A DNA stretch of 64,000 nt, from positions 25,667,231-25,731,230 of the forward strand of contig NC_083435.1 of the NCBI RefSeq assembly GCF_020745735.1, read 5' to 3'. Within the stretch, counting starts at the first letter, position 1. Each line of letters starts with the position of its first letter. The notes beneath the pieces are model-generated. The model had not been told where the DNA came from, did no database searches, and worked only from the letters and a program-made list of their open reading frames with translations. The position numbers and the translations under genes are program-made. The stretch comes from Hemiscyllium ocellatum. Lineage: Eukaryota. Below are positions 37,850-51,266 of the stretch, one piece after another.

Positions 37850-39635
37850 GGACGAGTTGAACAGTTCATCCACTTTACCAACACCTTCCACCCCGACACA
37901 CCTCCTCCATGATTTTTGCTTCCCCAGTCCCCAATGCCTTATCTTCACTATGGACATCCAGTTCCTGTACACCTCCATCCCCCATCATGAAGGACTCAAA
38001 GCACTCTGCTTCTTGCTTTCCCGCCATACCAACCAGTACCATTCCACTGACACCCTCCTTCGACTGACTGAACTGGTCCTCACTCTGAACAACTTCTCTT
38101 TCCAATCCTCCCACTTCCTCCAAACCAAAGCAGTTGCCATGGGCACCCGCATGGGCCCCAGCTATGCCTGCCTCTTCGTAGGATATGTGGAACAGTCCAT
38201 CTTCCACAGCTACACTGGCACCACACCCCACCTTTACCTCAGCTGCATCAATGACTGTATCGGCGCTGCCTCGTGCTCCCACGAGGAGGTTGAACAGTTC
38301 ATCCACTTTACCAACACCTTCCACCTCGACCTCAAATTCACCTGGACCGCCTCAGACTCCTCCCTCCCCTTCCTAGACCTTTCCATTTCTTATCTTGGGT
38401 GGCCAAATCAACACGGACATTTATTATAAATCGAGTGACTCCCACAGCTATCTAGACTATACCCCTTCCCCCAACCTGCCCCCTGTAATAACGCCATCCC
38501 ATATTCCCAATTCCTTCGTCTCCGCCGCATCTGCTCCCAGGAGGACCAGTTCCAATACCGTGCAACTCAGATGGCCTCCTTCTTCAAAGACCACAATTTC
38601 CCCCCAGATGTGATCAACGATGCCCTCCACCGCATCTCAACCACTTCCTACTCCTCCACCCTTGAGTCCCGCCCTTCCAACCACCATCAGGACAGAACCC
38701 CACTGGTTCTCACCTACCACCCCATCAACCTCCATATACAGCGTATCATCCGCCGTCATTTCCGCCATCTCCAAACGGACCCCACCACCAGGGATATATT
38801 TCCCTCTCATCCCCTATCAGCATTCCGAAAAGACCACTCCCTCCGTGACTCCCTCGCCCCACCAACTCAACCTCCAGTCCCGGCACCTTCCCCTGCAACT
38901 GCAAGAAATGCAAAACTTGCGCCCACACCTCCTCCCTTACTTCTCTCCAAGGCCCCAAGGGATCCTTCCATATCCACCACAAATTCACCTGCACCTCCAC
39001 ACACATCATTTATTGCATCCGCTGCACCCGATGTGGCCTCCTCTATTTTGGGGAGACAGGCCGCCTACTTGTGGAACGTTTCAGAGAACACCTCTGGGAC
39101 ACCCGGACCAACCAACCCAACCACCCCGTGGCTCAACACTTCAACTCCCCCTCCCACTCCACCAAGGGCCTGCAGGTCCTTGGACTTCTCCATTGCTAGA
39201 CCATAGCAACACGACGGTTGGAGGAAGAGTGCCTCATCTTCCGCCTAGGAACCCACCAACCACAAGGGATGAACTCAGATTTCTCCAGTTTCCTCATTTT
39301 CCCTCCCCCCACCTTGTCTCAGTCAAATCCCTCGAACTCAGCACCGCCTTCCTAACCTGCAATCTTCTTCCTGACCTCTCCGCACCCCACCCCCACTCCG
39401 GCCTATCACCCTCACCTTGACCTCCTTCCACCTATCGCATCTCCAACGCCCCTCCCCCAAGTCCCTCCTCCCTACCTTTTATCTTAGCCTGCTGGACACA
39501 CTTTCCTCATTCCTGAAGAAGGGCTTATGCCCGAAACGTCGATTCTCCTGTTCCTTGGATGCTGCCTGACCTGCTGCGCTTTTCCAGCAACACATTTTCA
39601 GCTCTGATCTCCAGCATCTGCAGTCCTCATTCTCT
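37850..39635 (+). mobile_element. Penelope-like element, 5'-truncated (RT C-terminal part, GIY-YIG, 3' terminal repeat)
   Basis: RT motifs LYTSIPH and AMGTRMGPSYACLFVGYVE; GIY-YIG-like IYCIRCTRCGLLYFGETG; frameshifted. 16-bp TSD cctataaggcagataa at 37834-37849 and 39636-39651. Confidence 0.92.
39509..39544 (+). ncRNA. Minimal type I hammerhead ribozyme motif in Penelope-like terminus
   Basis: ATTC-CTGAAGA-a-GGGC ttat GCCC-GAAAC-GTC-GATT. Confidence 0.72.
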
Positions 39636-40883
39636 CCTATAAGGCAGATAATCCATGCTACAAGTCAGTATTCATTTCAGGGGACCGCAAGCCAGGGTAA
39701 TACAGAATCTGATCATTAGGAGTTTATTAGCATGTTCCTGATTCAGTACCTTGGAAGACTCAAAAGATAAAATAAAGCCCAATTAGTAATACGTTAAGTT
39801 TAATAGGAAGTTACCTCTGATAATAAGATTTGCCACCAAGTGGAGAATATACCAGGGGTTTTTACAAGCAGTCCCTTAGTAGCACAGAGGCCTGAAATGT
39901 TTGGAAAATGAGATAAATGTTCTCAAGTCTCTTAATCATGTACTGACCAGAACAATGAAAGAATGCTAAATTTTAAATGACAGACACGACAGGTGAAGGA
40001 GAGATTCATTAGCTGAAAAGTCTTTAATAGACAAAGGCATTGCCTTTCAATAATTTTCTCTTTTTTTTGCCAATACCTGTGTGATTGACGCTTAAAAATC
40101 AAAGCTGTGTTCTTCTGGTATTCTCTGGGAAGTGCATTCCTTTTGCAAGCTCTTCCCATGTATTTACACGTGGCGAATCTGCTGTGAAGTTGCTCACGCT
40201 ACAAGTAATCTGAGGCCCTTAATCACTGCACAACTGGTAAAATACAAAAAAAAACAAAGCTAGACAGACGGGGTGGAGCATGTTGAAAGTCAGTTGTCTG
40301 ACCCAGGCAATGAACTGCTGACTCTCATATCATTATAACGCCTACTGCTCTGTTGCAATACCGAGGTGTTTAGTTCGCCTCTTGTGCATTTTTTAAAAAT
40401 CAATCTGCTCCGGTGTGAAGCTCGACCTCATAGCTTACAGATAGGGACACTACCACAGCACCAACGTGCCCTCAGTCCGCCTCTTGTCTAGTTAGTGACT
40501 GGCCCGCACAATGAGCTTAAATTACAGCCAACTTAGATAAAACTGGTCCATTGCCCACAGCTTTCCGAAATCCCATTAAATCCACTTTGCAGTAAAAAAC
40601 ATCCCTGGATAGTAACTCCCCAAGTCTGGTATAGTAATGGAAGCTTCATTGTTTTCACGATTGGCCACTTGCCTGCAACACCCGCCCGCTGGCCCCTTGC
40701 ATGGTCACTTCTCTGTCCTTGGGAAGTCTTTGTGCCATCTGAAGACTCGTCATAAATTGCGGTTCAACAGCACCGTCCACTTCTTGGCGGCCTTAATGTG
40801 GAATGGGGTTCATTTATGGATTTCGTCCATAAGGCATGACAGTTTGGAAAGGTGGAATGGAACATTGGCAGTGCCTTTACTTC

Positions 40884-41761
40884 AATGGTAGTGGTGATAA
40901 TTCCAAAATATATTGAACATTGTAGTTGGATTATCTCAAATATTGATCAGGTCGTTGATTAAATATAAACGGGCAGTCCACAAAGCAGTACAATAATACA
41001 TCACAAACCAACATGGGTTGGCATTCCCACATCAGGTGCCCTGGGCTCGGGGGGCGCTGTACAGACTCCCACAGGACCTTCTGGAATTCACTGGAGTTCC
41101 TTCCATGAGTATGACTGAAACAATTGTTCGCATAAACTTCCCTTCTCTGCCTTCCCCTCAAACGGTTGAGGTCGTACAGGTCGTTGGTGAGGCGTCTTCT
41201 GGAGTACTGTGTGCAGTTCTGGTCACTTATATCCTTATAGAATAGACTTTATTAAAGTGGAGAGGGTTCAGAGAAGACTCACGAGGATGTTGCCGAGACT
41301 GCAAGACTTGAGATAGAAAAATAGATTGAAAAGGTTTGGAGTTTTGTCACTGGAGTGTAGGAGGTTGAAGGGTGACCTTATTGAGGTTTATAATATCATG
41401 AGGGGCAGAGATAAGGTGAATGAAAATGGTATTTTTCCCGAGAAGAGATCAAAATTATGGCCCATATTTTAAAGGTGAGAAGGGAAAGATTTAAAAGGGA
41501 CCTAAAGTGGAACGTTTTCACACAGAGGGTGGTTCATGTGTGGAATGAGCTGCCAGAGAAGGTGAAGGATGCAGGCGCAGTTACAACGTTTAACAAACAG
41601 TTGGATAAGTTCATGAATAAAGGTTTGCAGCATGTTGGTTTGTGATGTATTGTTGTACTGCTTTGTGGACTGCCCGTTTATATCTAATCAATGACCTGAT
41701 AAAATTTGAGATATTCCAACTACAATGTTCAATATAGTTTGGAACTGTCACCACTACCATT
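40884..41761. repeat. Inverted repeat, about 131-bp arms (40884-41015 and 41631-41761)
   Basis: The arms are reverse complements with few mismatches. The 615-bp spacer contains a CR1 fragment. Confidence 0.9.
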
Positions 41762-42194
41762 ACATTAGCTGAACAGAACACTAATTATGTGGTCTTGCTC
41801 ACTCCATGTCCCTTGTAACAGGGCAAGTTCACTCTCCAGCGGATCTCTCTCTCTCTCTCTAGGCGGGAGATTGAGTGAACCGACTCTCGCAGGGTTAGTG
41901 CCATAGTCACCCTGTACAATTACCTGCAAACTTGCGCTGTTATTCGAAAACACTTCCACGGCTCTATGTTGCACGCTACTTTGGAAACACGAGACGCTTT
42001 TTCAAGCTTTAGCGTTGGTGCAGAGGCAACTAAATTTAAACGGCCATGACGACAGAACAGCACAGAATCTCTACCGATTTCCCCTGCTGCCGTTCGTGTG
42101 GAGATTATGAGTGGAGCATTATATGGTCGAATGTGAAACCAAGACAGTTTATAAATCATGTGTGCAGACTGATTAGCTTAATAGAAGGACTGCC

Positions 42195-44045
42195 GAGTTG
42201 ATTTGGAAATAATTGGCCTTCGACAATATAAGTATACGTATGTGAGGAATAAAAGAATGAATAGGGCAGGAATAGGGTCAGTCAAAGACAGAAGTGGGAA
42301 GTTGAGTGTGGACCCTGCAGAAACCGGAGAGGTGCTAAATGAATATTTCTCATCGGTGTTCACTCAGGAAAAGGAGAATATTGTAGAGGAGAAGAATGAG
42401 GTGCGAGATATTAGACTAGAAAGGATCGAGGTTAGTTATGCACAGGTGTTATCAGTTCAAGAAGGAGTGAAAGTAGACAAATCCCCTAGGCCAGATGGGA
42501 TTTATCCGAGAATTCTCTGGGAAGCCAGGGAATGGAATGCAGAGCCATTGGCTTTGATATTTGATTCATCATTGTCTAGAGGTTTTGTAGCAGAGGATTG
42601 GAGGATTGCAAATTTTGTGCCCTTTTTCAAAAAGGGCAGTAGAGATGACCCAGGTAATTATAGACTAGTGAACCTTTCTTCTGTTGTAGGAAAGCGTTTG
42701 GAAAGGATTATAAGCGATAAGATTTATAATCATCTATCAAGCAACAATTTGATTTCAGACAGACAACATGGTTTCGTCAAGGGCAAGTCGTGTCTCACAA
42801 ACCTCATTCAGTTTTTTTTTGAGAAGGAGACCAAGCTTGTAGACGAGGGTAGGACAGTTGACGTGGTATACTTGGATTTCAGTAAAGCCTTTAGTAAGGT
42901 TCCACATTGTAGGCTGATGGAGAAAATGCAGAGGCATGGAATTGAGGGTGATTTAGCAGTTTGGATTAGAAACTGGCTTTCTGGAAGAAGGCAGCAAATG
43001 GTGGTTGATGGAAAATATTCAGTCTGGAGTCCAGTTACAAGCGGTGTGCCAAAAGGATCTGTTTTGGGACCACCGTTGTTTGTCATTTTTATAAATGACT
43101 TAGACGCAGGCATAGGTGAATGGATTAGTAAATTTGCAGAGGACACTAAAGTCGGTGGAGTAGTGGGCAGTTTGGAAGAATGCTGCAAGTTGCAGGGGGA
43201 CTTGGGTAAACTGCAGAATTGGGCTGAGAGGTGGCAAATGGCGTTCAATGCAGCTAAATATGAGGTGATGCACTTTGGGAAGAATAACAGGAAGGCGGAA
43301 TACTGGGTCAATGGAAAGATTCTTGGTAGTGTGAATGTGCAGAGAGAACTTGGAGTCCGTGTGCTTAGATCCCTGAAAGTTGCCATCCAGGTGGATAGTG
43401 TTGTGAAGAAGGCATATGGTGTGTTAGGTTTCATTGGTAGAGGAATTGAGTTCTGGAACTGCAATATCATGACGCAATGATACAAAACATTGGTGCGGCC
43501 ACACTTGGAATGTTGTGTACAGTTCTGGTCACCCCATTACAGTTGGATGTGGAAGCATTGGAAAAGGTGCAGAGGAGATTTACCAGGGTGTTGCCTGGTC
43601 TGGAGGGAAGGTCTTATGGGGAAAGGCTGAGAGAATTGTGTCTGTTCTCACTGGAAAGAAAAAGGCTAAGGGGGGATTTGATAGAGACATACAAGATGAT
43701 CAGAGGATCAGATAGGGTAGACATTGAAATAATTTTTCCTCAGATGATGATGTCAGCTTGTACGAGAGGGCAGAACTATGAATTGAGGGGTGATTGATTT
43801 AAGACAGATGTCAGAGGCAACTTCTTTATGCAGAGAGTAGTAAGGACGGGGAATGTTCTACCTGCTAATGTAGTCAACTCAGCCACATTAGGGAGATTTA
43901 AACAATCCTTAGATAAGCACATGGATGATTTTGGGACAGTGTAGGGGGACAAGCTGAGCGTAGTTCACAGGTCGGTGCAACATTGAGGGGCGAAGGGCCT
44001 GTTGTGCACTGAATCATTCCAAGGTCTATGTTCTATGTTCTATAA
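42195..44045 (+). mobile_element. CR1 LINE, 5'-truncated, with a 425-aa open RT segment
   Basis: ORF 42203..43480: QHGFVKGKSCLTNL, YLDFSKAFSKVPH, SGVPKGSVLGP. The catalytic FADD is altered to FAED. Tail tctatgttctatgttcta. Confidence 0.93.
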
Positions 44046-44139
44046 TTCGGGAGCAAGAAATAATGAAAACATTGAATCGGCAAAGGTTATTAAATACTTT
44101 CAAATGGGATCGACAACCCAGCAATATCACCGATCTGAC

Positions 44140-44690
44140 CTTGCACAGCACAGATAGTGAAGAAAGCTAATAGCATACTGGCCTTCATAACAAGAGGGAT
44201 TGAGTATAGAAGCAAAGAGGCTCTTCTGCAGCTGTACAGGGCCCTGGAATATTGTGTGCAGTTCTGGTCTCCAAATTTGAGGAAAGACATTCTGGATATT
44301 GAGGGAGTGCAGCGTAGGTTCACGAGGTCAATTCCTGGAATGGCGGGACTATTTTATGTTGAAAGATTGGAGGGACTGGGCTTGTGTACCCTTGCGTTTA
44401 GAAGACTGAGAGGGGGTCTGATTGAGACATAAAAGATTATTAAAGGATTAAACACTCTGGAGGCAGGAAACATGTTCCGCTGATGGGTGAGTCTCGAATC
44501 AGAGGGCACAGCTTAAAAATAAGGGGTCAGCCATTTAGGACAGAGATGAGGAGAAACTTCTTCACCCAGAGAGTGGTGGGTGTGTGGAATGCTCTGCCCC
44601 AGAGGGCATCTCTGGATCCATTTAAGAAAGATTTGGATAGCGCTCTCAAGGCTAGTGGAATCAAGGGTTATGGAGATACAAGATACTGAT
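44140..44690 (+). mobile_element. CR1 LINE 3' fragment
   Basis: [40 protein letters not shown]. Confidence 0.85.
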
Positions 44691-44729
44691 TGAATTCAAG
44701 TTAAAAGTTTTGCGTAACCCTTACAAATC

Positions 44730-45405
44730 TTTGGTCCAAAACGGCCCTTCAGCCACCGTGTCTGCACCGGTCACAAATAAGGACCAACAATTCTAACTCT
44801 ATTTTCCATCACTTGACCCATAGCCTCATCTGTCTTGATGTCGCAAGTGTATATCTGAACACTTCTTCAATGTTCTGAGGTTTTCTGTCTACCATCCTTA
44901 CAGGCAGTGATTCTCACCACCGTCCTGGTGAAAAGTTTTGCCTTACATTGCCTCTAAACCACCTGCCCCTTAACTTAAACTTATGCCTCTTGGTCTTCGA
45001 TCCTTTCATCAAAAGGGAAAACGTTTCCTGCTGTCAAACCTGTCGATATCGCTCATAATTTGATACCTCTCAACCATGTCTCCTCTCAATCTCCTCTGGT
45101 CTAAGGGAAATTATTCCAGTATGTTTCAATGTCTCTTTATATTTTAAAAAAAATCAGCCGGGGCAATATTCTGGTAAATCTCCTCTGTGCCTACTTGGTG
45201 CTAACATATTCCTCCTATGTCGTGGATTCCAGAACACAGTACTCGAGCAGTGTACTCCAACATTTAACCAATATTATACACACTTTGGGCATAACCTCAT
45301 TGCACTTAATCGCCCTGGCTCGACTAATACAGGCCGTACCAGGGTTTGCCTTCCTCACCTTTTATCCATCTGCCTTGATACCTTAAGGGTCCGCTGGACA
45401 TATAC
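44730..45405 (-). mobile_element. CR1 LINE 3' fragment abutting the decayed V exon
   Basis: Reverse-complement CR1 3' region by DNA similarity to other copies. Confidence 0.65.
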
Positions 45406-45724
45406 ACAACAGGAGTTTATATAACAGAAGCAGGGTCGGTGGAGCTGAAATGTACTATTGGGGTGAGTGATGCCACGAACTGAGTTAGATTTGTCAAGGT
45501 CGCCTTATAGAAAAGTATGATCATAATTGCTTCCAACCAGAGCTGGATGCTAAAGTCAGGGTCAAAGTCATTTCTCTCGCCAAGTGAGTTTTTTTTTGAT
45601 CGAAAATGGTCTATTTCAAGAGAAAGGAAATGTCTTGGATTACACAGATACTGCTGCAATGGAGGTAGAAATCCAAGGAACAAGGAATGGAAAAGGGCAA
45701 GAAACACAACACCCTATGACGACA
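45406..45724 (+). pseudogene. Decayed NCR3-family VJ exon (copy C)
   Basis: Across frameshifts and stops: ITEAGSVELKCTIG, SPSEFFFDRKWSI, RYCC, VEIQGTRNGKGQETQHPMTT, then a gtgagg donor. The 5' end abuts a CR1 fragment. Confidence 0.55.
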
Positions 45725-46700
45725 GTGAGGAGAACAGGGAGAAGACATTTTAAGAATTTCTTCACTGTTCACACTGGTCATTACTGTGGAACTTTGCACA
45801 ACTTCTCCTTCCACAGATGCTGTTAGAGCTGCTGCGTTTCTGTTTGGATTTCAGATTTCCAGCATTCACAATACTTTGCTTTTAATTGTGTTTATCTCAC
45901 GTCTTTAACGCAGGAACGTGTCCCAAGTGCTTCACATGTAGCAATAACGACGGGACATTTGTCTGCAAGTGCAGCTATCTCAGGGTCACCTGCGTGCTAT
46001 CACTGACTGGTGGTCACTTGCTTAACACCTGATTCGGTGAATGACTGTCAGGTTATGATGGGGAACCTCCTTCACGAGGAGAACTGGGACAGTTTTTGTT
46101 CATGTTATTCACACATGGGAAATGCGGATGCCACTCACTAGGCCAGCATATATCGTCTGGAGCTCAATGCCCTTGAGATGGTCGTGTGGGCTGCCTTCTT
46201 ATACCACTGCAGTCGGTGTGTTGAAGGTTGAACCACAGTAACATTAGGGAGAGAATTTCTGGATTTTGACCCAGTGACACTGAAGGAAGGGCAACATTTG
46301 TCCAAATCGGGATGATGGGTGACTTGGAGCGAAACTTGCAGGCAGAGGGCAGCATTGCAAATATGCAAATTGTCGTTGTGAAAGCTAACAAACACTTTGT
46401 TTTGGTTGAATTCGTCTGAAAATAGAGCAACAAAAGAAAATAAAATTCAGAAATGGAGGGTCTAGTGGATGCCTGGGAAAGACCAGCGATTGAATCAATT
46501 GCTAGAAGTTGGAGTTGGGTTTATCTGACTTTTAATTCCTTTTGTATTATCTGTTCATTATGGGGAGGATATTGCTGGCAGGAGAGTCATCAAATCACTC
46601 TGATGGCTATTCGCAAACAACGCAGAGAAACCAGAAAACTGTACAAGAGCATGTTTTCAGAGATGCATTGATATTAAAATGGCGAATTAATTCTGTAAAG

Positions 46701-46822
46701 GCGGAGTGATCTCGGTCCGTCTGCATTCTGTTCGTGGCATTATTGGAAATCTGTCCTTCTTGTCTTCCCTTTGAATTTTAACTACGATGCTGAAAACGTC
46801 ACTTCGGATTTCAGGGAAGCAG
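46701..46822 (+). pseudogene. Decayed TM exon of copy C (GGVISVRLHSVRGIIGNLSFLSSL*ILTTMLK), Arg in TM
   Basis: Phase-1 acceptor gtaaag. R-x6-SFLS spacing matches human NKp30 RAGFYAVSFLS. In-frame TGA at 46772. Confidence 0.35.
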
Positions 46823-49800
46823 GTCAATCATCCGTAGTACGTTTGCTGAACAGGATGGATCTAAACATGACAGGAATGGTGCTGAATGGTAGTTAGTTAG
46901 ATATGTGGAAATTGTAAAATGGAGAAAAGCTTTAATGTTAGTTACTTAGAGCTGAGCAGCACAATTTTAATCATTAAGTGTATGTATGTGTATAATAAGG
47001 ACACCTGCAAACCCTGTTAGAAGGAAGTTCAAAGCCAATGTAAATTCAATTGAAATGCTTTTATTTCAATGAAAATTAAGAGCAAAGTTGATGTTTTTAT
47101 CTCCATCAATTTTTGACTCTTAAAAGCTTTGACTAACAAACCCAACTGAGTTCGTCCTTCATTCTTCTGTTAAAAACCTTAACATTGCAAAGGTGACAAT
47201 TATTGTGATCAATTTCGAAGAATGGTCCTGAGACGTGAAACTTTAATTCTATCTCTGTTTCTGTTTCCCTCTCTCCACAGATGATGCCATACCAGTTGAC
47301 TTTCTCAAACGTTTCCTGTTTTGAGTGGTAGATGAGACTCTTCCCAACCACTTTGCAATTAATGAGGCCTTTTTATCCCCGAAGTGTAGCAACTTTAGAT
47401 ACAGAGGAAACACGTTCGCCAATTTGTGCACAGCAAGCTCTCAGAACATAAGAACAGAAGGAGACCGTTCAGTCTCTCCAGCCAGGCTCTGCCATTCAAT
47501 GAGATCACAGCTGATCTGTGGCCTAACTCCTTGTACCTGCCCACACTCAAATGCACTGGCGTGCAGACTCCTTAGGATAAGGCTCATTTCTTTAATGGGA
47601 TTCTGGCATAGGTGGCAGGGCCAGCATTCACGGCCCTTTCCTAATTTGGCCAGCCAGGACATTTTGAGAGGGCACTTTAAGGGACATCCACCTGATGCAG
47701 GAACTAGAGTCATATATTGAACAGACCAGATAAGGACTACATGTTTCCTGACTTGAATGATTCATGTGAACACAACTATCAAAATTAATTTTGATGGGGT
47801 CCAATGTTGAGAATGGCATGACCCTTCAGATTTACAAAGTACATTCTCACTCCACAAGCTGAGGTGATGTGACGTGAACCTCTGATTCTGGATATTTTAC
47901 TCAGCACCAGATGACAATTAAATGTTGGGATGTAGGAATAGAATTAGGCCATTCAGTCAGAGAACCTACTTTTACCCCAATGGCTCCTTCTTTATCCCTA
48001 CGACGGTTGACACTCTCTACCACATTGATGACGACACTTATATCATCTAGGTGTTGATGTTCCTGGCGCCTGCATCATCACTGACATCATGGCAACAATT
48101 GACATCACCACCCATTCCTCACAGAGACCTGTGCATTCATGGGGCACGGTGGTATTGTCTCTATCTCTCAGCCCGGACATCTGGGTTCAATCCCCACGTA
48201 CTGAAGAGTTATGTGGTCTCTGAACAGGTTGATTGGAACAGAGGTCTGAGATACTGATGGTCGTAAGGCCAGTGGTGCTAGGGAAGGAATGGACTGGTAG
48301 TGGTGGTGGTGGGGGTGGGGGTGGGGTTTGGAAATGATCGATTTGAAAATCTTAAATAATTTGCAGCCACAGTCACTAGCTATCATGGTGTTGGGATCGC
48401 CAAGCTCTCCCTCCCTCTCTCTCTCTCTCTCTCTGAATCTTTCCTTACCAGCCAAAGAGAGGCATAGAGGCATGTTGTCGTTGGATAGCAGGAATGTGAC
48501 AAATAAAAGACTTGCAATGTGGGATGGTACTGTGCCTTTTAGCGAGAGGTTTTATGTGCTGCTTCACTTGCGGAGTGTTGGTGCCAGAATGTCTTATTCT
48601 GACAGGCAGGTACAGTCATAGTTGGCAAACAGCTTGTGTGTTACCCACTTTTTAAAAAAAAATAGACAAAAGAAGCATGAATGGGCCCCCCCAGGACCGA
48701 AAACTTTGGATTTTAATTTCAATTTAATTTTGAGTTAGTCGGTTGCTGGAGTTAATAGGTAGAACACTTTCCCTCTGCTGTGTGTGAAGATTTAAACACA
48801 GCTTGCCTCCTTTAAAACAGAAGAGGCTGTTTTTTTTCAGCATTTCTTACAGCAGGACTGGAGAAAGACAGCATTTAATAAAACTATTTTCCTAAATGTG
48901 TTTATGGGATGCTGTCTATATTGGAACAGCTGATGATTAAAATCATATGTTATCTTGTCAAGTACTTCAATAGATTTAAAGTTATGCTAGTTTTTCTCTT
49001 CATTTTTATTTTTACTGCTAACCTTCCTATCTCAGTGGTCTCCTCAAGCCTCAAAAATCTTTGCAATATGTACTTTCCTCTAATTCCATCCTGATGAGGA
49101 TTCTCTACTTTTATTTCTCTTTATAGTGCCTCCCCTACATTCCTGGACCCCGGGCTCCAGAATTTCCTCTTGAATTGCTCCAGGTCTGCACCTCACTTTC
49201 CTCTCCCCAAAAAACCTGACCAATCTAAGAGTCATCTATTCTAACATCACTTTCTCATGACCTGGTTTCAAATTTGGCTTGTTATGTTCCTATATTCAGT
49301 GTCTCAAAGGTAAATATTACAGAAAAATACTCTATGGTCATCGGGTTTATGCCAATACTGAACGTTCTAATGATATATTTCACTTGGCCCATAGATTTGT
49401 TTGCAATGGCATCACAAGTGTGCATCTAAATGCATCTTATCGGGATTTCTGTGTCTCCCACCCTTATGGGCATTGAGGATCAGTGTAATTGTTCCCGTGT
49501 AATGAGCACAGAGCATCTGGGTCTGTGCGACCCAGAGATAACCCACACATTGGGAAGGATGGCAGGGTCCCTGAGAGGGGGCTCAGGAGATTTACCAGAA
49601 AAGTACCAAATAAGGGGGATTTCAGTTGCAGGCTTAGTGTTTGCTTTTACATTATTTATTCATGTGACATGGGTGGTGCTCTTACACACCCAGGATATCG
49701 ATATTCAATTCTCCTTCTCAATCTCTCCCCTTGTCAGTTCTGTATAATCTTCAGTTTAGACTACCTTCAGTTATCTCTCCCCAATGAGTGCAGCCATATG

Positions 49801-51266
49801 CTCTTGTAGAGCAACGGTGACTTTACCTTTTACGCAGTGATGCCACTGTGCTTTGGTGATGGAAAGAGGGAATGCTGAAGGTAGTGGTTGGGACACCACT
49901 CACTTTCTTTAACATTGCTGGTGGCTGCACTGATGCAGGCAAGTGGAGAATGTTTCAACACAATTCTGATGTGTACTTTTTAGATAGCAAACAGACATTG
50001 GGGAATCTAGGGTTTTGAGAAACAAAGATAATTCTCCTTGTAGGAAAGGAAGTTGAGGGGAGCTGTGGCATATTTGTTCACAACAATTATACATTAGGAC
50101 AATAAAATATACATTGTGGTGAGGTGGAGACATTCACACTGTTGGTCTTAGGATGTGGGCAACACGTTGGCAATTAGAGAAGAACTTGGGAAAATGTGCA
50201 GTTGTTTATTTCGGAGGAGATAATATAAGAAGAGAACTATTTAAATAGTGAGAACTGTAGAAGGTAACATCACAAAAGGACCAGGGGGTAGTTGGACCGG
50301 AAACAGAAAACTAGCACACAATTACAACAGGTAATTAAAAAGGCTAATGAAACGCTGTTCCTTATTTCAAGGTGTTCGTAGTAGAACATTTTGGAGTCTG
50401 TGTCTTAGTGCAACTACATAATGTGATAGTGAGACCCCCTTTTTTTACATCTAAATATTTTTCATCAAATTGTTCAGATATGTTATTGCACTGCTCTGGG
50501 GCAGGGGGGACTGGAGAATGGGCCTCCAGTTCCTGAGGTAGAGCACTATCACTGCGCCACAACAGGGCCCCAACAGTATCCTTGACATCTTTTCTGACAA
50601 TGATGTGGCACCTGGGTTTGTTTGCTTGTTTAGAAGGTTCCTCAACGAGAGCTCAGGGAGGAAGCCTTTATGACACTTCACGGATTTCACATATTGGGTT
50701 TCCATAATGTCAACAGTGGCGGTGGGAGCAGCTGCTAGATGTGATACACTCTCCCCAGGAAATTAAACTACACTTCAGTCTCTTTGCGGGCTCCCCTTTC
50801 ATTAAAGAGACGTATTCCATTGCAGGTAGAATTTACCTGTCGAGTTAAATACCATACTGCTTAGACATAGCGTCAGAGTTTCAGAAGGATTCGCTAAAAA
50901 GGGAGCATCGGTTCGATATGATTGGGTTATGTAAAGAAACTGAGTGCATCTGGAGAGTGACGAGTGTGAACTGACTGCGGGTTTAACATCTGCTTCAACC
51001 CGTTTATTCATGTGGCAAAATACCGCACAAAAGACAGGACAAATACGTTTCATGAAAAGGCAGGAAGAGTTGATAACGGAACAGCCTGAACGTGAAGCAT
51101 TTGGAGAGCTCAAGTCCTCGCAACATGTGTGCATGAATGGATGGAAGGCAGCTAGGCTGATGACACTTGAGCAACCATTTGTCACCAGCACCCTAGCTCC
51201 AGTCGCTTCCCAGAGTTACTCTCGAAATTAAAGTCCAGGGACCGGTGTGATGGTGAACGGGAGAGG

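Noticed and set aside
42203-43480. 425-aa ORF as an active LINE or domesticated RT
   Set aside because: 5'-truncated, catalytic FADD changed to FAED, and downstream frameshifts.
50944-51231. 95-aa plus-strand ORF
   Set aside because: Lies antisense to the predicted 3' UTR of gene B and has no recognisable motif.
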